Below, one piece after another: positions 27,356 through 39,700 of a stretch of 64,000 nucleotides of DNA (positions are counted from its first letter, which is position 1; each line of letters begins with the position of its first letter). The position numbers and the translations under genes are program-made. The notes beneath the pieces are model-generated. The model did no database searches and was not told where the DNA came from. It worked only from the letters and a program-made list of their open reading frames with translations. Origin of the DNA: Salpingoeca rosetta (taxonomy: Eukaryota > Protista > Choanoflagellata). Location of the stretch: NCBI GenBank assembly GCA_033442325.1, contig JAWQFM010000035.1:455799-519798 (forward strand), written 5' to 3'.

Positions 27356-28801
27356 TCAACAACCAATTGGGTCAATGACGAGGACTGCGTCAGCAGCGAC
27401 CGGCACGCCATAGATGAGCCCGTTGCTTGCGAGCACGCCAGCACCCCACTTGACCACGTCTGTGGAAACAGCTAGCGTGCTTGTATCCACGGTGTTGGTC
27501 GTGGGATCAATGATGAGAACGGAGCCAGCATTCAACGGAATGCCGACGATGAGGCCGTTGCTTGCAAGCACACCGCCGCTCCACTTCCGATCATCCGTGG
27601 ACAAGCCACTCAGCGTGCTGGTGTCAGCTGTGTGGTCAGCTGGGTCAATGATGAGGACAGAGGAGGCCACATGTGGTATGCCATAGATGAGCCCATTGCC
27701 AGCAAGCACAGTGCCGCGCCACTTGTATTCGCCGACAATCGGGGAGATGCTCGTCGTGTCTGCCGTGTTGGTCACAGGGTCGATGATGAGCACGCTGGAT
27801 GCAGAGGTGGGGGCCGCGTAGATCAGGCCGTTGGGCGCTTGCACGCCACCAAACCACTTGGCTGTTCCAAAGCCACTACCAATGGTCGACGTGTCCGCTG
27901 ACCCTGCGACAGGGTCGATGATCAGGACGAAGAACGAATTCCACGGTATGCCATAGATGAGGCCGTTGTCAGCCGCAACGCCACTCAGCCACTTGCCGCC
28001 ACCACTGGATAGTTGTGCAATACTTGTTGTGTCGGTTGTATTGGTCGTCGGGTTGATGATGAGGATCGACGTCTCAGTGTATGGGATGCCATAAATGAGG
28101 CCGTTGTCGCCAAGCACGCCGGCACCCCATTTCTCTCCATCGCTCGAGAAGCCAGACATTGTCGTAGTGTCAGCACTGTTGGTGCTTGGGTCAAGGATGA
28201 GCACAGCGTCGGCGTTCAACGGCGTGAAGTAAATGAGGCCGTTTGTGGCCAAGACACCATCCGACCACTTGAATGTTGACGTGGTGCCGAGCCCCGTGAT
28301 GGTTGTGGTGTCCACGGTCGGTGGTGTGATGTCGCACAGCTGGCGGTCCAAGGAGCTCAGCTGCCGTGCTTGGTTCGTGTTCACGCGATCCAGGTCTCGC
28401 AACATGCTCTGCTGCTCTTGTATCAGCTCAAACATCTCCGCCACGTTCACCCCATTCACAAACACAGCCGCCGGCTGCTGCTGCTTGTGCTGCTCCTGTG
28501 GATGGGTGGTGTTGATGTGGAACGCACCGTGCTCATCTTCTTCCAGCACCACCTCCGCACCAACAAAGAAGACGAGGAAGACGTGGACGCCAAGCAAGAG
28601 GGAGAGCGGTGCCAGCAACAACAGTGGCGCCCTCAACCTCGTCTTCTCCCTCGTTCTCCTCGTTTCCAGCAACCCGGCACGTCTGTTCCGTGTACTTCGC
28701 GACGTTGCTGCAACTGCAGCTAGCACAGCGGCAGTCTTGGCCACCCACCCAGACCCAGCGCGTGCTCCACGATGATCATCAGCGCGCACAACGTGCATCA
28801 T
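27356..28801 (-). CDS. 7-bladed beta-propeller protein, paralogue 2; start uncertain
   Basis: Same architecture as paralogue 1. The equivalent start codon is ACG and the nearest in-frame ATGs are at 28798/28801. Ends DPIGC. Confidence 0.8.
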   Translation of the reverse strand: MMHVVRADDHRGARAGSGWVAKTAAVLAAVAATSRSTRNRRAGLLETRRTREKTRLRAPLLLLAPLSLLLGVHVFLVFFVGAEVVLEEDEHGAFHINTTHPQEQHKQQQPAAVFVNGVNVAEMFELIQEQQSMLRDLDRVNTNQARQLSSLDRQLCDITPPTVDTTTITGLGTTSTFKWSDGVLATNGLIYFTPLNADAVLILDPSTNSADTTTMSGFSSDGEKWGAGVLGDNGLIYGIPYTETSILIINPTTNTTDTTSIAQLSSGGGKWLSGVAADNGLIYGIPWNSFFVLIIDPVAGSADTSTIGSGFGTAKWFGGVQAPNGLIYAAPTSASSVLIIDPVTNTADTTSISPIVGEYKWRGTVLAGNGLIYGIPHVASSVLIIDPADHTADTSTLSGLSTDDRKWSGGVLASNGLIVGIPLNAGSVLIIDPTTNTVDTSTLAVSTDVVKWGAGVLASNGLIYGVPVAADAVLVIDPIGC

Positions 28802-29112
28802 CCCGATGACGACTGACTTCAGTCGAAGTGGTGCTGGACATTGATCAATGTGTGCATTTGTGGCAAAGACAAGTGAACAACACAAGTGAACACAAGCGAC
28901 AATGGTGAGCGCGTTCGCCAGCCAGCCAGTGTGCACTGTTGTGACATGCGAGCGTGGTGTGAAGTGACATGGGCTTCTCTGAAGGGCTTGCCTGTGCTTG
29001 GATGTTCGCTGAATGACATGATGTGACGTACACTTGAACTTGCACTTTGCTTCGTCAATGACAGAGCCATCCACCACCTTTCGGGTTTCCACCTCGTGGT
29101 GCACCACCACCC

Positions 29113-30011
29113 ATGAGTACGTGTGTGCGTGTGTGTTCGTGTACGCGTGAGTGCGTGTATGCGTGATTGTGCGTGTATGCGTGTGTGTGCGTGTGTGTGC
29201 GTGTGTGTGTGTGTGTGCGTTCGTGTCTGTCTGTCTGTACGTCCATGTGCGTGCATCCCTGCGCGTGTCTGTCTATGTATCTCTGTTTGCGCTGGCATGG
29301 CACTCAACGGATCGAGGAGGAGGAGGAGGAGGAGGAGGAGGAGGAGGAGGAGGAGGAGGAGGAAGCGGTTGCTCACCGTTATTGTTGTTGTTGTTGTTGT
29401 CGTCGTCGTCGTCGTCGTGTTGCTTCACGCATGCTAGTGTATGGTGGCCCGCCTCCGGGGCCGTTCCCACCACCACAGGGGCCGCCGGGGTACCCAATGC
29501 CGCCACCGCCTGGGCCGTATGGTCCACCGCCAGTGCCACCCGCTGGCCATGCACCGCCGCCACACGCACAGGCCGACCCTTGGCGCAAAGCCACAGCACC
29601 GGTTGGTTTGCTTGTGTGTGTGTGTGTGTGTCTGTGTGTATGTATGTATGTTTGTTTGTATGTATGTATGTATGTATGTATGTATGTATGTATGTATGTA
29701 TGTATGTATGTATGTATGTATGTATGTATGTATGTATGTATGTATGTGTGTGTGTATCTGTCTGTCTGTCTGTATGTATGTATGTCTGTCTGTCTATCTG
29801 GCTCTGTCACTTCTTCTCTGCGTTTGGCTGTGTCGACTCCATCAGATCTGCCGCGCTTGCAGCTGGCAATGCCACCATGATCACGTCTCATGTATGCGAT
29901 CGTCTTCCCCCCCCCGGCAACTTGTTTTAGGATGGTCGTGAGTACTGGTATCATGTGGTGACAAACGAGACACGCTGGGAGCGGCCAGAAGCGGCAAAGC
30001 CAGGTTTGTCA

Positions 30012-30062
<51 letters not shown>

Positions 30063-30063
30063 C

Positions 30064-30097
<34 letters not shown>

Positions 30098-30249
30098 ATG
30101 GTAAGGTGGATGAGAGGGAGGGTTCTGCCGGGGTGAGGAGGATTAGGGAGTGGTGGATGAGAGCGTGGCGTGGAAAGAAGCGCTTAAAGAGTATGAGAGC
30201 GGCGTTTCATCAACTTACGTTTGCGCGTGAGCATTTCATCCCCTCACCA

Positions 30250-30338
<89 letters not shown>

Positions 30339-30560
30339 GACTGCGGACGGCAGCCACGCCCTGGCGCGAGTACAAGACACCGGAGGGTCGGCCATACTAC
30401 TACAACACAGAGACAAAGGAAACTGTGTGGCAGAAGCCAAAGGTGCGTCATTGCAATGTGTTCAGCGGACGTATGCATGTGTGTTGTATGATGAAATGGA
30501 GCTTGCTTTTGCGCTTGATAACACACACACACACACACACTCACACATCCACCTTACCAT

Positions 30561-30629
<69 letters not shown>

Positions 30630-30927
30630 ATCAATACCCCCGTGTACATTAACAATATGACGCGTGTCAGGAGCTTGAGGCGGCCGAGTCAGGAAAGGCG
30701 CCGGCGCCGTCATCAGCATCGACTACAACAACAACCACGAAAACTGCTGCTGCTGCTGTTACTGCTGCTGCTGCTGGTGGTGGTGGTGGTGGTGGTGAGA
30801 AGCAGAAGAAGGAGGAGAAAGGCAGCAAATCGAGGTGAGCAGAGTGGTGTGGATCGTGTGGTGGTGGTGTGCGTGTGTGAGAGCTTGTTTGATTGCTTGT
30901 GCGCATTTCAACGTGATCACAATTAGC

Positions 30928-30959
<32 letters not shown>

Positions 30960-31433
30960 CACAAGTCATGCAAAACGCCCGTGCTCACACCACCACCACC
31001 ACCACCACTATGACACCACCACCACTATGACACCACCACCACTATGACACGACCACCACGACCACCATCATCATCACCACCGTTGCCACGACGCCAGCGA
31101 GCCGCGGGAGTATGCGACGAAGGAGGAGGCGGTGGCGGCGTTTGTTGAGCTGTTGGAGGACAAGGACGTCAGCACCAACTGGAACTGGGACAAGGCAGGC
31201 GACGCGTGGTGGTGGTGCTGGTGGTGCCGGTGGTGCTGGTGCTGGATTGGAGACAAGAAGAGAGGGTTAGAGCAACAGCGCAGTGAGTATGTGCGGCGTG
31301 TGTAGCAAAAAAACTCAAATTCACACACACGCACACACACACACGCTTTTCAAACTTATAACGCGTTCTCACCATTTTCACCACACCACAACATCATCGT
31401 GACGCCGCCGCCACCATCATGTCTGCCGCACCG

Positions 31434-31523
<90 letters not shown>

Positions 31524-31863
31524 ACAGGTGAGCCGGGTGATTAGTGGGGACGGGCGGTACATGGCGCTCAAGCGGATCAGCGAGAAGAAGCACCAGTGGA
31601 ACAAGTGGAAGCAGGCAAAGGTCGTCCAGGAACGCGAGACAGGTGCGGGCTTGTGTTGTGTTGTGTTGTGTTGTGTTGTGTTGCGTTGTGTTGTGTTGTG
31701 TTGTGTTGTGTTGTGGTGTGGTGTGGTGTGGTGTGGTGTGGTGTGGTGTGGTGTGGTGTGGTGTGGTGTGGTGTGGTGTGGTGTGGTGGTGGTGTTTGAC
31801 GTCGTGTCTTGTCTTCCACTTGTTCGTGCTGCTCACCACGCTCACCACCACCGCCACCACAAC

Positions 31864-31958
<95 letters not shown>

Positions 31959-33945
31959 ACAACAACAACATCATGAACAACAACAACAACAACTTAAACA
32001 ACACCATCACCACCACACATGCACACGCACACACACCCTGCATCCCTGCACCACTGCACCGCGTGCTCCAATCCCCCTCCTCCCCCTCCCCTCTATGCAG
32101 CGCGTGCGCGGTCGCAGCAGGCGCGGGAGGAGTTTAAGCAGCTGCTCATGGACATGCGGGCCGTTGGTCCGCACGCATCATATGACGACGCCCTCCCGCT
32201 CTTCAAGCACGAGCCGGCGTACTTTGCCGTCCGATCAGAACGCGAACGACAGGTGCGCGGCGGCGGCGGCGGTGTTTATGCACGGTGTGCATTTGTTTGT
32301 GTGGGTTTGCTTGTTTGTGTGTGTTTGTGTGTGTTTGTTTGTTTGTGTGTGTGTTTGCTTGGTTGTTTGTGTGTGTGTGTGTGTTTGTGTATTTGTATGT
32401 GTGTGTGCGGGTGTTTGTTTGTCTGTCTGTCTGCCTGCCTACGTGTCTCCCCGTCTGTGTGCGTCTGCCTGTGCTTGTGCTGCTGGCGACTCTCGAGCTC
32501 ACCTCACCCGTTCACCCTGTGCTGCCTTCCGTGTGGAGCAGAGCGTGTACGATGATGTAGTGAAGTCAAAGCAGCGGGCGGCGCTGAAGACGTTTGATGA
32601 CCGCGTGCACGAGATCAGATCCGCATTTCTCGACCTCATTCGCGCCATCCCAGGTGCACACACACACACACACACATTCACATTCACACACACATACACA
32701 CACACACACACACATGTCGCTGCTTCATGTGTAGCTCGGGATTGTATCGTTTCGTTGGTTGGTTGGCTGGTTCATGAGGTCTGGTTCGTTTCAACGTTCG
32801 TTGTGGTCCCAAGAGCTTCCCCTTCATGCGCTCACCAAAGGGGTTTGCTCTTTTGCTGGTGGTGTATCAATGCCGTGTATAACACACACACACACACACA
32901 TAAACACACACACACACAAACACAAACACACACACATGCGTTGTTCAGGATTCAACGTTGAGTGGACGTGGGACAAGACGATGGACTATCTCGAGGGCGT
33001 CGAGCACTTCACCGCAAACGAAATGTTCAAGGTGCGATCGTACAATGGTCGTGAAGAAGGAAGGTGGTGGTGGCACTGGTATTGGTATTGGTATTTGTCG
33101 GTGGTGGTGGTGGTGGTGGTGGTGGTGGTGGTGGTGGTGGTGGTGGTGGTGGTGGTGGTCTTTGTCGGTGGTGGTGGTGGTGGTGGTGGTGGTGGGAAAG
33201 GCGGCTGCGTTGCGCCAAGGCTTTGCGTGTGCGCGTGCATGAATGCATGTGCTCGCCTGCCCCGCCCCCTTCAACAACACCGTCTTGCACCCGCCACCAA
33301 CCATCATCACCCTCATCATCACCCTCCTCCTCCTCCTCCTCCTCCCCCTCCTCCTCCTCATCATCATCATCATCACCACCTACCCTCATCATCATCAACC
33401 ATCATGGTTAGGAGGACATGCTTGCGTGCTTGGAGGCGTTTGAGAAGGAGATGGAGCGACTGGACAGCGAATTCCACGCGAAGATCCGCGAAGAAAAGGA
33501 CTCAATGCAGCGCAAGGAGCGCAAGAACAGAGACGCGTTTGTGGTACGTAGACATGGGCGTGGTGTGATGCTAGTTATGGTGGTGATGGAGCTGGGTGGA
33601 GCTGGTATGAGTCGTGGTCAACTCGGCGACCGCGCCTCTCAAAACACACGCGTACGTACACACGCACACATACACACACACACTCACACACACACTCACA
33701 CATACATACACATACATACATCCATACATACATCCATACATACACAACACACAATACACATGCACACCCACGCATGTCCCCGTTTGCTGTTAGGCGCTGC
33801 TTGATGAGTTGGAGGAGCACGGGCAGCTGCACGCGGAGACGCTATGGCGTACCCTCTACCCTGACGTCTGCAAGGTGCGCTGATGGTGACTGGTGGTGAT
33901 TTGTAGTGATTGGTTGGTGATGGCCGTCATTGTCGCAGTGGTGGT

Positions 33946-34041
<96 letters not shown>

Positions 34042-34221
34042 CACCCCATCAGGATGCACGGTACCTGGCGCTGTTGGGTCAGCCCGGGAGCACGGCGCTG
34101 GATCTGTTCAAACTCCGACAGGAGAAACTCGTCGACCGCCTCCGTCGCGACCGTCGGACCGTCAGGACTCTCTTCAAGGTGCCTGCAGGCAACAAGTCCT
34201 GATCGTGCCCTGCGTGCGTGC

Positions 34222-34316
<95 letters not shown>

Positions 34317-35058
34317 TGTATGCTCGAAGTTGAAACGTACACCCCCACACGTCATCAAACCTGTTCCCACCGCTCACGGCCCGATGTCTTTGCTTGCACA
34401 GGAGAAGGGATTTGAGGTGACGGTCAACACAACGGCAGAGCAGTACCTCGAGGCACTCCAGGTACCAGCAGGTGTTGTGTGTGTGTGTGTGTGCCTGTGC
34501 CTCTGCGTGTGTGTGTCTGTATTTCTCCTCTGTGTGCGTGCGTGCGTGCGTGCATGTGTGTCTGCATTTTCCCTCTGTTTGTGTGTGTGTGTGTCTGCGC
34601 GCGGCAGAAACACAGCCATGCAAGACTGTAATTCTTCCTCATCCACCGTCCATCCATTTCCATCCCACCACCACTGCCACTAGAATGAGGAGAGCACGGC
34701 GGACATTTCTGCGGTGAACATGAAGTTCATCTTTGAGTATCTGCTCGAAAAGGCCGAAGAGCGCGAGCGCCAAGCAAAGGTCGGCGGGTGCTTCTTGCTT
34801 TGCTGCTCGCTTTATTGGCTGCCTGCTTTGTTGGTTGGTTGCTTTGCTTTGTTCGTGTTTGTTTGTTGCTTCTTTGTTTGTTGGTTGCTTTGCTTCTTTC
34901 ATTTCTGTTGCTGCGTGTGTGTGCGCGTCCTTCCCACCCATCACTCACAGCTTTGCCTCATCTCACCTTTCATCACCCACCACAACAACAAATGCGTTTG
35001 TTCACGCGTTCGTTCCTGCGTGCGTGCGTGCGTGCGTGCGTGCGTGTGTGTGTGTGTG

Positions 35059-35093
<35 letters not shown>

Positions 35094-35900
35094 ACCTCTG
35101 TCTGCAGAGAGAGGAGCTGAGGAGGAACAAGCGTGCACTTAAGGAACAACTCGACGCCCTCAAGTCCAAGTGAGTTGGCGAGATGGAACATTGTGTGTGT
35201 ATACCTGTACGTGTGCACTTGTGTACGCGCGTGTGTGTGTATGCGTATGCTTGTACACGTACACAACTGTACGTGTGTCACAAAGAATCGCTCCCTCCCT
35301 CACCTCTCCTCCCCCCTCATCCACCATCACCATGGCACTGGCGCAAGGTTCACGAAAGCGTCACCGTGGTCGGAGGTGAAGCCGCTTGTTGAAGAGGCGG
35401 CACCGGACCTGCTGTCCACCATGGGTGAGGAGGACCACGCACACGTGTACAAGAAGTTTGTGCGCAAGGACCCGTGGAGGAAGGATGCAAAGGAGAAGGG
35501 ATCCAAGAAGGAGAACAAGGACGAAGATGACAAGGGCTCAGGCTCTTCCTCCTCCTCATCGTCATCATCATCGTCGGAGAGTGATGGTGATGATGACGAC
35601 AAGGAGTCCAGGTGCGTTGGCGTGTATGTGTGTTGGCATGGTGTGTGTGTTGGCATGTGTGTGTGTGTGTGTTTACCCCAGTGTACCGCCACCATTTCAC
35701 CTCCTCCTCCATCATCCCCACCTCCTCCTCCTCATGATGAGCACGTGCATGGTATTGTGTCAAAGCAGGTCGAGCCGGCGCAAGTCGCGTGGAAAGCACG
35801 ACTCTGGTGAGGACTGGCGGCGTGGTCATGGTTCAGGATGGGCAATGTGGTGGTGGTGGTGATTTGATGGTGGTGGTGGTGTATGCCGTATTTTGCGCGC

Positions 35901-35940
<40 letters not shown>

Positions 35941-36442
35941 AGCATGCACCCACACACTCACACATGCACACACACACACACACATGAACATGCACCCACA
36001 CACTCACGCATGCATACACGCATGTCCATGGCTATCATTTTGTGTGTGTGTGTGTGTGTGTGTCACAGATGAGGAGGACGACCACCACCGCTCATCGCGC
36101 AAGAAGCGCTCAAAGAAGTCCAAGGTAAATTGACGATGCCAGTGCTGCCAGACGTGTTTGAGAACACGTAACACAGCACAGACACACACACACTGACACT
36201 CTCGCACACGCACGCACGTACTCTCACTCACACACCACACCACACCACAACACAACACAACACACCACAACACACCACACCAGAAGAAGAAGCGACGTCA
36301 CCGTCACAGCGACCACGACGATGACGACGATGCTGACGATGCTGCTGGTGTTGGCGATGACAAACACCACCGCCGCCACCGCCGCCACCGCCGCCACACG
36401 TCCCGCTCGCGGTCGCGCACCCCAACACGCTCCAAGCGCTAG
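29113..36442 (+). CDS. PRPF40A: Pre-mRNA processing factor Prp40 (2 WW domains, FF repeats, RS/K-rich tail), multi-exon
   Basis: Pro-rich N-terminus, WRKATAP|[92 protein letters not shown]; TAG at 36440-36442. Exon 1 (ATGA|gtacgt) is inferred. Confidence 0.92.
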
Positions 36443-36483
36443 CAAACCCTTTGTTGTGTGATGTGTGATGTGTGTGTGATGTG

Positions 36484-36514
<31 letters not shown>

Positions 36515-36720
36515 ATATGTGTCCGGTTGTCCGCTTGTGTCCGCTCGCATGTTTTTTCGCGATATCGCCAAACAAAAAGCGACAAAACAAAGAGAAACAT
36601 GCACGCAGTTTCCCCAAGCCAACAAGTCGGTCATACACCCACCAACAAAAGACAACAAGACAACAGGACGACCACCACCACATCCCACTGACCGTCGCAC
36701 CACACACGCACACGCACACC

Positions 36721-39700
36721 ATGGACGACGACGACATGCCACTGTTCAAAGGGAATGCAGAGGTTAAAGAGGAAGAGAGCGGTGCTGATGCGCTGTTCCC
36801 AACAGGAGCAGCAAGCGATCACGATCAGCAGCAGACAACTAACACTGTCACTGCTTCTGCCAACTCATTCCACCACCAACAGCACCAACAGCAGCAGCAG
36901 CAGCAACAGTCGAGCACGGATGCGTATGCTGAGCAAGCTCGGTCAGAGGCTCCACCAAACCAGGTCAGCTTTGCTGCGTGGGCGGCGGAGAGTGGCGACC
37001 GTGGTGTGTATGGCGGCGCGAATGGCGGCGTGCCCCCTACGTTCAACAACAACAGCAGCAACAACAACAACAACAACAACAGCAACAACAGCAACAACAA
37101 CAATGCCGCCGAGCGCCAAGCAAGTGCACCACAGGCCGCGGCTATGCACACAACGCCGCCGCCACCGCTGCAACATGTCCACATCCCCTTGTACTCCCAG
37201 GTGCCCTCTGTAACCCAACAGCAGCCGTGGCAGCAACGGCATGCCTCCTCGGGCCCGGCGCCAAAGGTGGAGGACCTCTCGCCTTTGGTGATCAGCTCAC
37301 GCACGCTTGGGCTCAGTGGGTTCCAGACTGGGCCAGCCAACGGCGAGTACGCAGAGCCGCCATCTTCTGCAACGGCCGTCTGCCTTGTCTCGCAGACACT
37401 TGTCGCCACAGGGCATGACAACGGCCTTGTCTCGCTGTGGAACCGCAACTCGCTGCAGCTCGTCTGCACGCTGTCTGGCCACACGGGCCGAGTGACGAGC
37501 CTGGCCACAACTGACAACAATGGCGCGTGGCTCGTGTCTGGTAGCCAGGACAACACGCTGCGGGTGTGGGACGTTAACACGTTCCGTTGCTACACCATGC
37601 TACAGGGCCACACGGCCGCCATCACCTCCCTGACCGCCATCCCCAACACCAACATGGTTGCCTCTGGCTCCGAAGACGCCACCGTTTGCATCTGGGATAT
37701 TGAGCACCGCATGTGCGTAACCACGCTGCAAGGGCACACCGACACGGTGGCTGACGTCGCAGCCATGCCCAGCGGTTCGCAGGTGGTGTCCCTTGGCACA
37801 CGCGGACAATGCCGCGTGTGGGACACGCCCACTGGTGAGCACATCACGCTCACGAAAAACAACACCCACATTCACGCCATCGCCACCTCTGTGCACCACC
37901 CTGACACCATCATCGCTCTGCAGCGCACGCGGCAAACGGATTCGGCTTGGACTGTTGTCCTTGCGTCGAGCCTGATTGCGTGCGTGATTGGCATCGTGTT
38001 GATGGCCACAGACACGTCATTTCACTCTGCGGGCTACGCTGGCGCTGCTGTGTGTGGCGTGGGCGCCATTGGGCTGTGTCTGTGCTTCATCCTACGGCAC
38101 TTTGGGTTTGGGTTTGCTTCCGGGCCGTGCACGGCTGTGCACGCGTACTCCACCCACGCGCCAAAACGCCAAGTCCTTGTCTCGGGCAAGTATTCGCAGT
38201 GTGCGCTCACTGCCAAGTACGTGGTGCTGGCTGGCGAGGACGGCATGGCGCTGGTCGACGCCAAGTCCCTCACGCTCAGGGCGCAGTTCGTCCTGCCTCA
38301 CGCACACACGCACGACCACACGTGCAGCGTCGCTGTGGACAAGGGCGAGGGGGAGCTGTGCATTCTCGAAGATGGGAGCCACCTGACGCTGTTTGACCTG
38401 ACCACGGCGTGGGCCGGGGCGCACAACCCGCTCATCCTGCTGCAGCTTGCGCTTTCAGGCAAGATCCCGCCCGAGTATGTGCACAAGGACCACACGCGGA
38501 GAGCCATTGCCTTGCTTGAGGCAGACAGGTCTGAAGCCGTGTTTGAGACGGCACGTGACGCCCTGCGCTCCAAGCAGCAACACCAGCAAGGAGGCGATCA
38601 ACCACAGACACAAGCACAAGGCGACGGCGTCCATCAACCACCACCCGAACAGCAACAGCAGCAACAGCAGGTGCAGGCGCTGCCAAGTGCGCAAGACAGT
38701 TTGCAGGACTCGGACCATCTGAATCTGCTCATGTGGCATGCCGTCGTCAACACAGACCACGCTGCCGCCCTCGACCTGATGAAAGAGCTGCTGGAACTGC
38801 CCCCGCTTGACGTGGGCGAGTGGCGCTCCCCGTTGCTTGCAGGCATTCGTCCCGGCGACTTTGTTGTGCTGGACGAGGACATGCTCCACGGTGACGACGC
38901 AGACCTGAAGAAAGAGCTACACAGCAAGAGCGAGCCCGGGGTTGTGAAGGTGACGACGCAGGCGCTTCGGCTTGACACTGAGTGGTTTGCCGAGCTGCTC
39001 ATCTCCCTCATTCGCACCGGCGACCCTCGCTTCTTCACCATCCTTCCCGTGCGTGCGGCGGTTAAGGCCATGTGGCACAGCCAGCTGGACCTGTTCCTCG
39101 TGCGCTGCCTGTTCCAGATGGGCGCCACTGCCATGCTTGTGTACTGTGCACTGAGTGGGTCTCTCCTGGGGCCCGAGCGCACTTGGCAGAAGTTCACCGT
39201 GCTCGTCCTTGGCATTGGCGAGCTGTGGCAGGCCGGGAGCATCGTGCGCGATTACCGCGTGTCGCTCACCAGCTTCTGGTATTGGAACTCATTCGCCCGC
39301 ACCATCAGCCTGGTGTGCTTGGGCCTGATTGCCGTCATTGAGCAGCCCTCCCTGCAGGGCGTGCCGACAACGCTTGCCCTGTCGCTCCTCTTCCACTGGG
39401 TCGGGTTGCTCGAGTTCACGTTTGCCTTTGATGGCCTCGCGCGCGCTGTCATTGCCATCACGCACGTGATTCGCCGGTGTGCGTCGTTCCTGCTCGTGCT
39501 GGCCGTGGCGGCGATGGCTGCAGCCAGCTGCATGTTTGTGCTCTTTGGCGACACCACCAGCGCTTCCTCTGCGGCCACGGGCGTCACCATACCAACAACA
39601 ACCACACCCTACAACCCATACAACAGGAACAGATACCCGTTCACGACACCATCATCCGCCAGCAAGTCAGGTTCGAGCAGCGCGCTCAAGATCACTGGCC

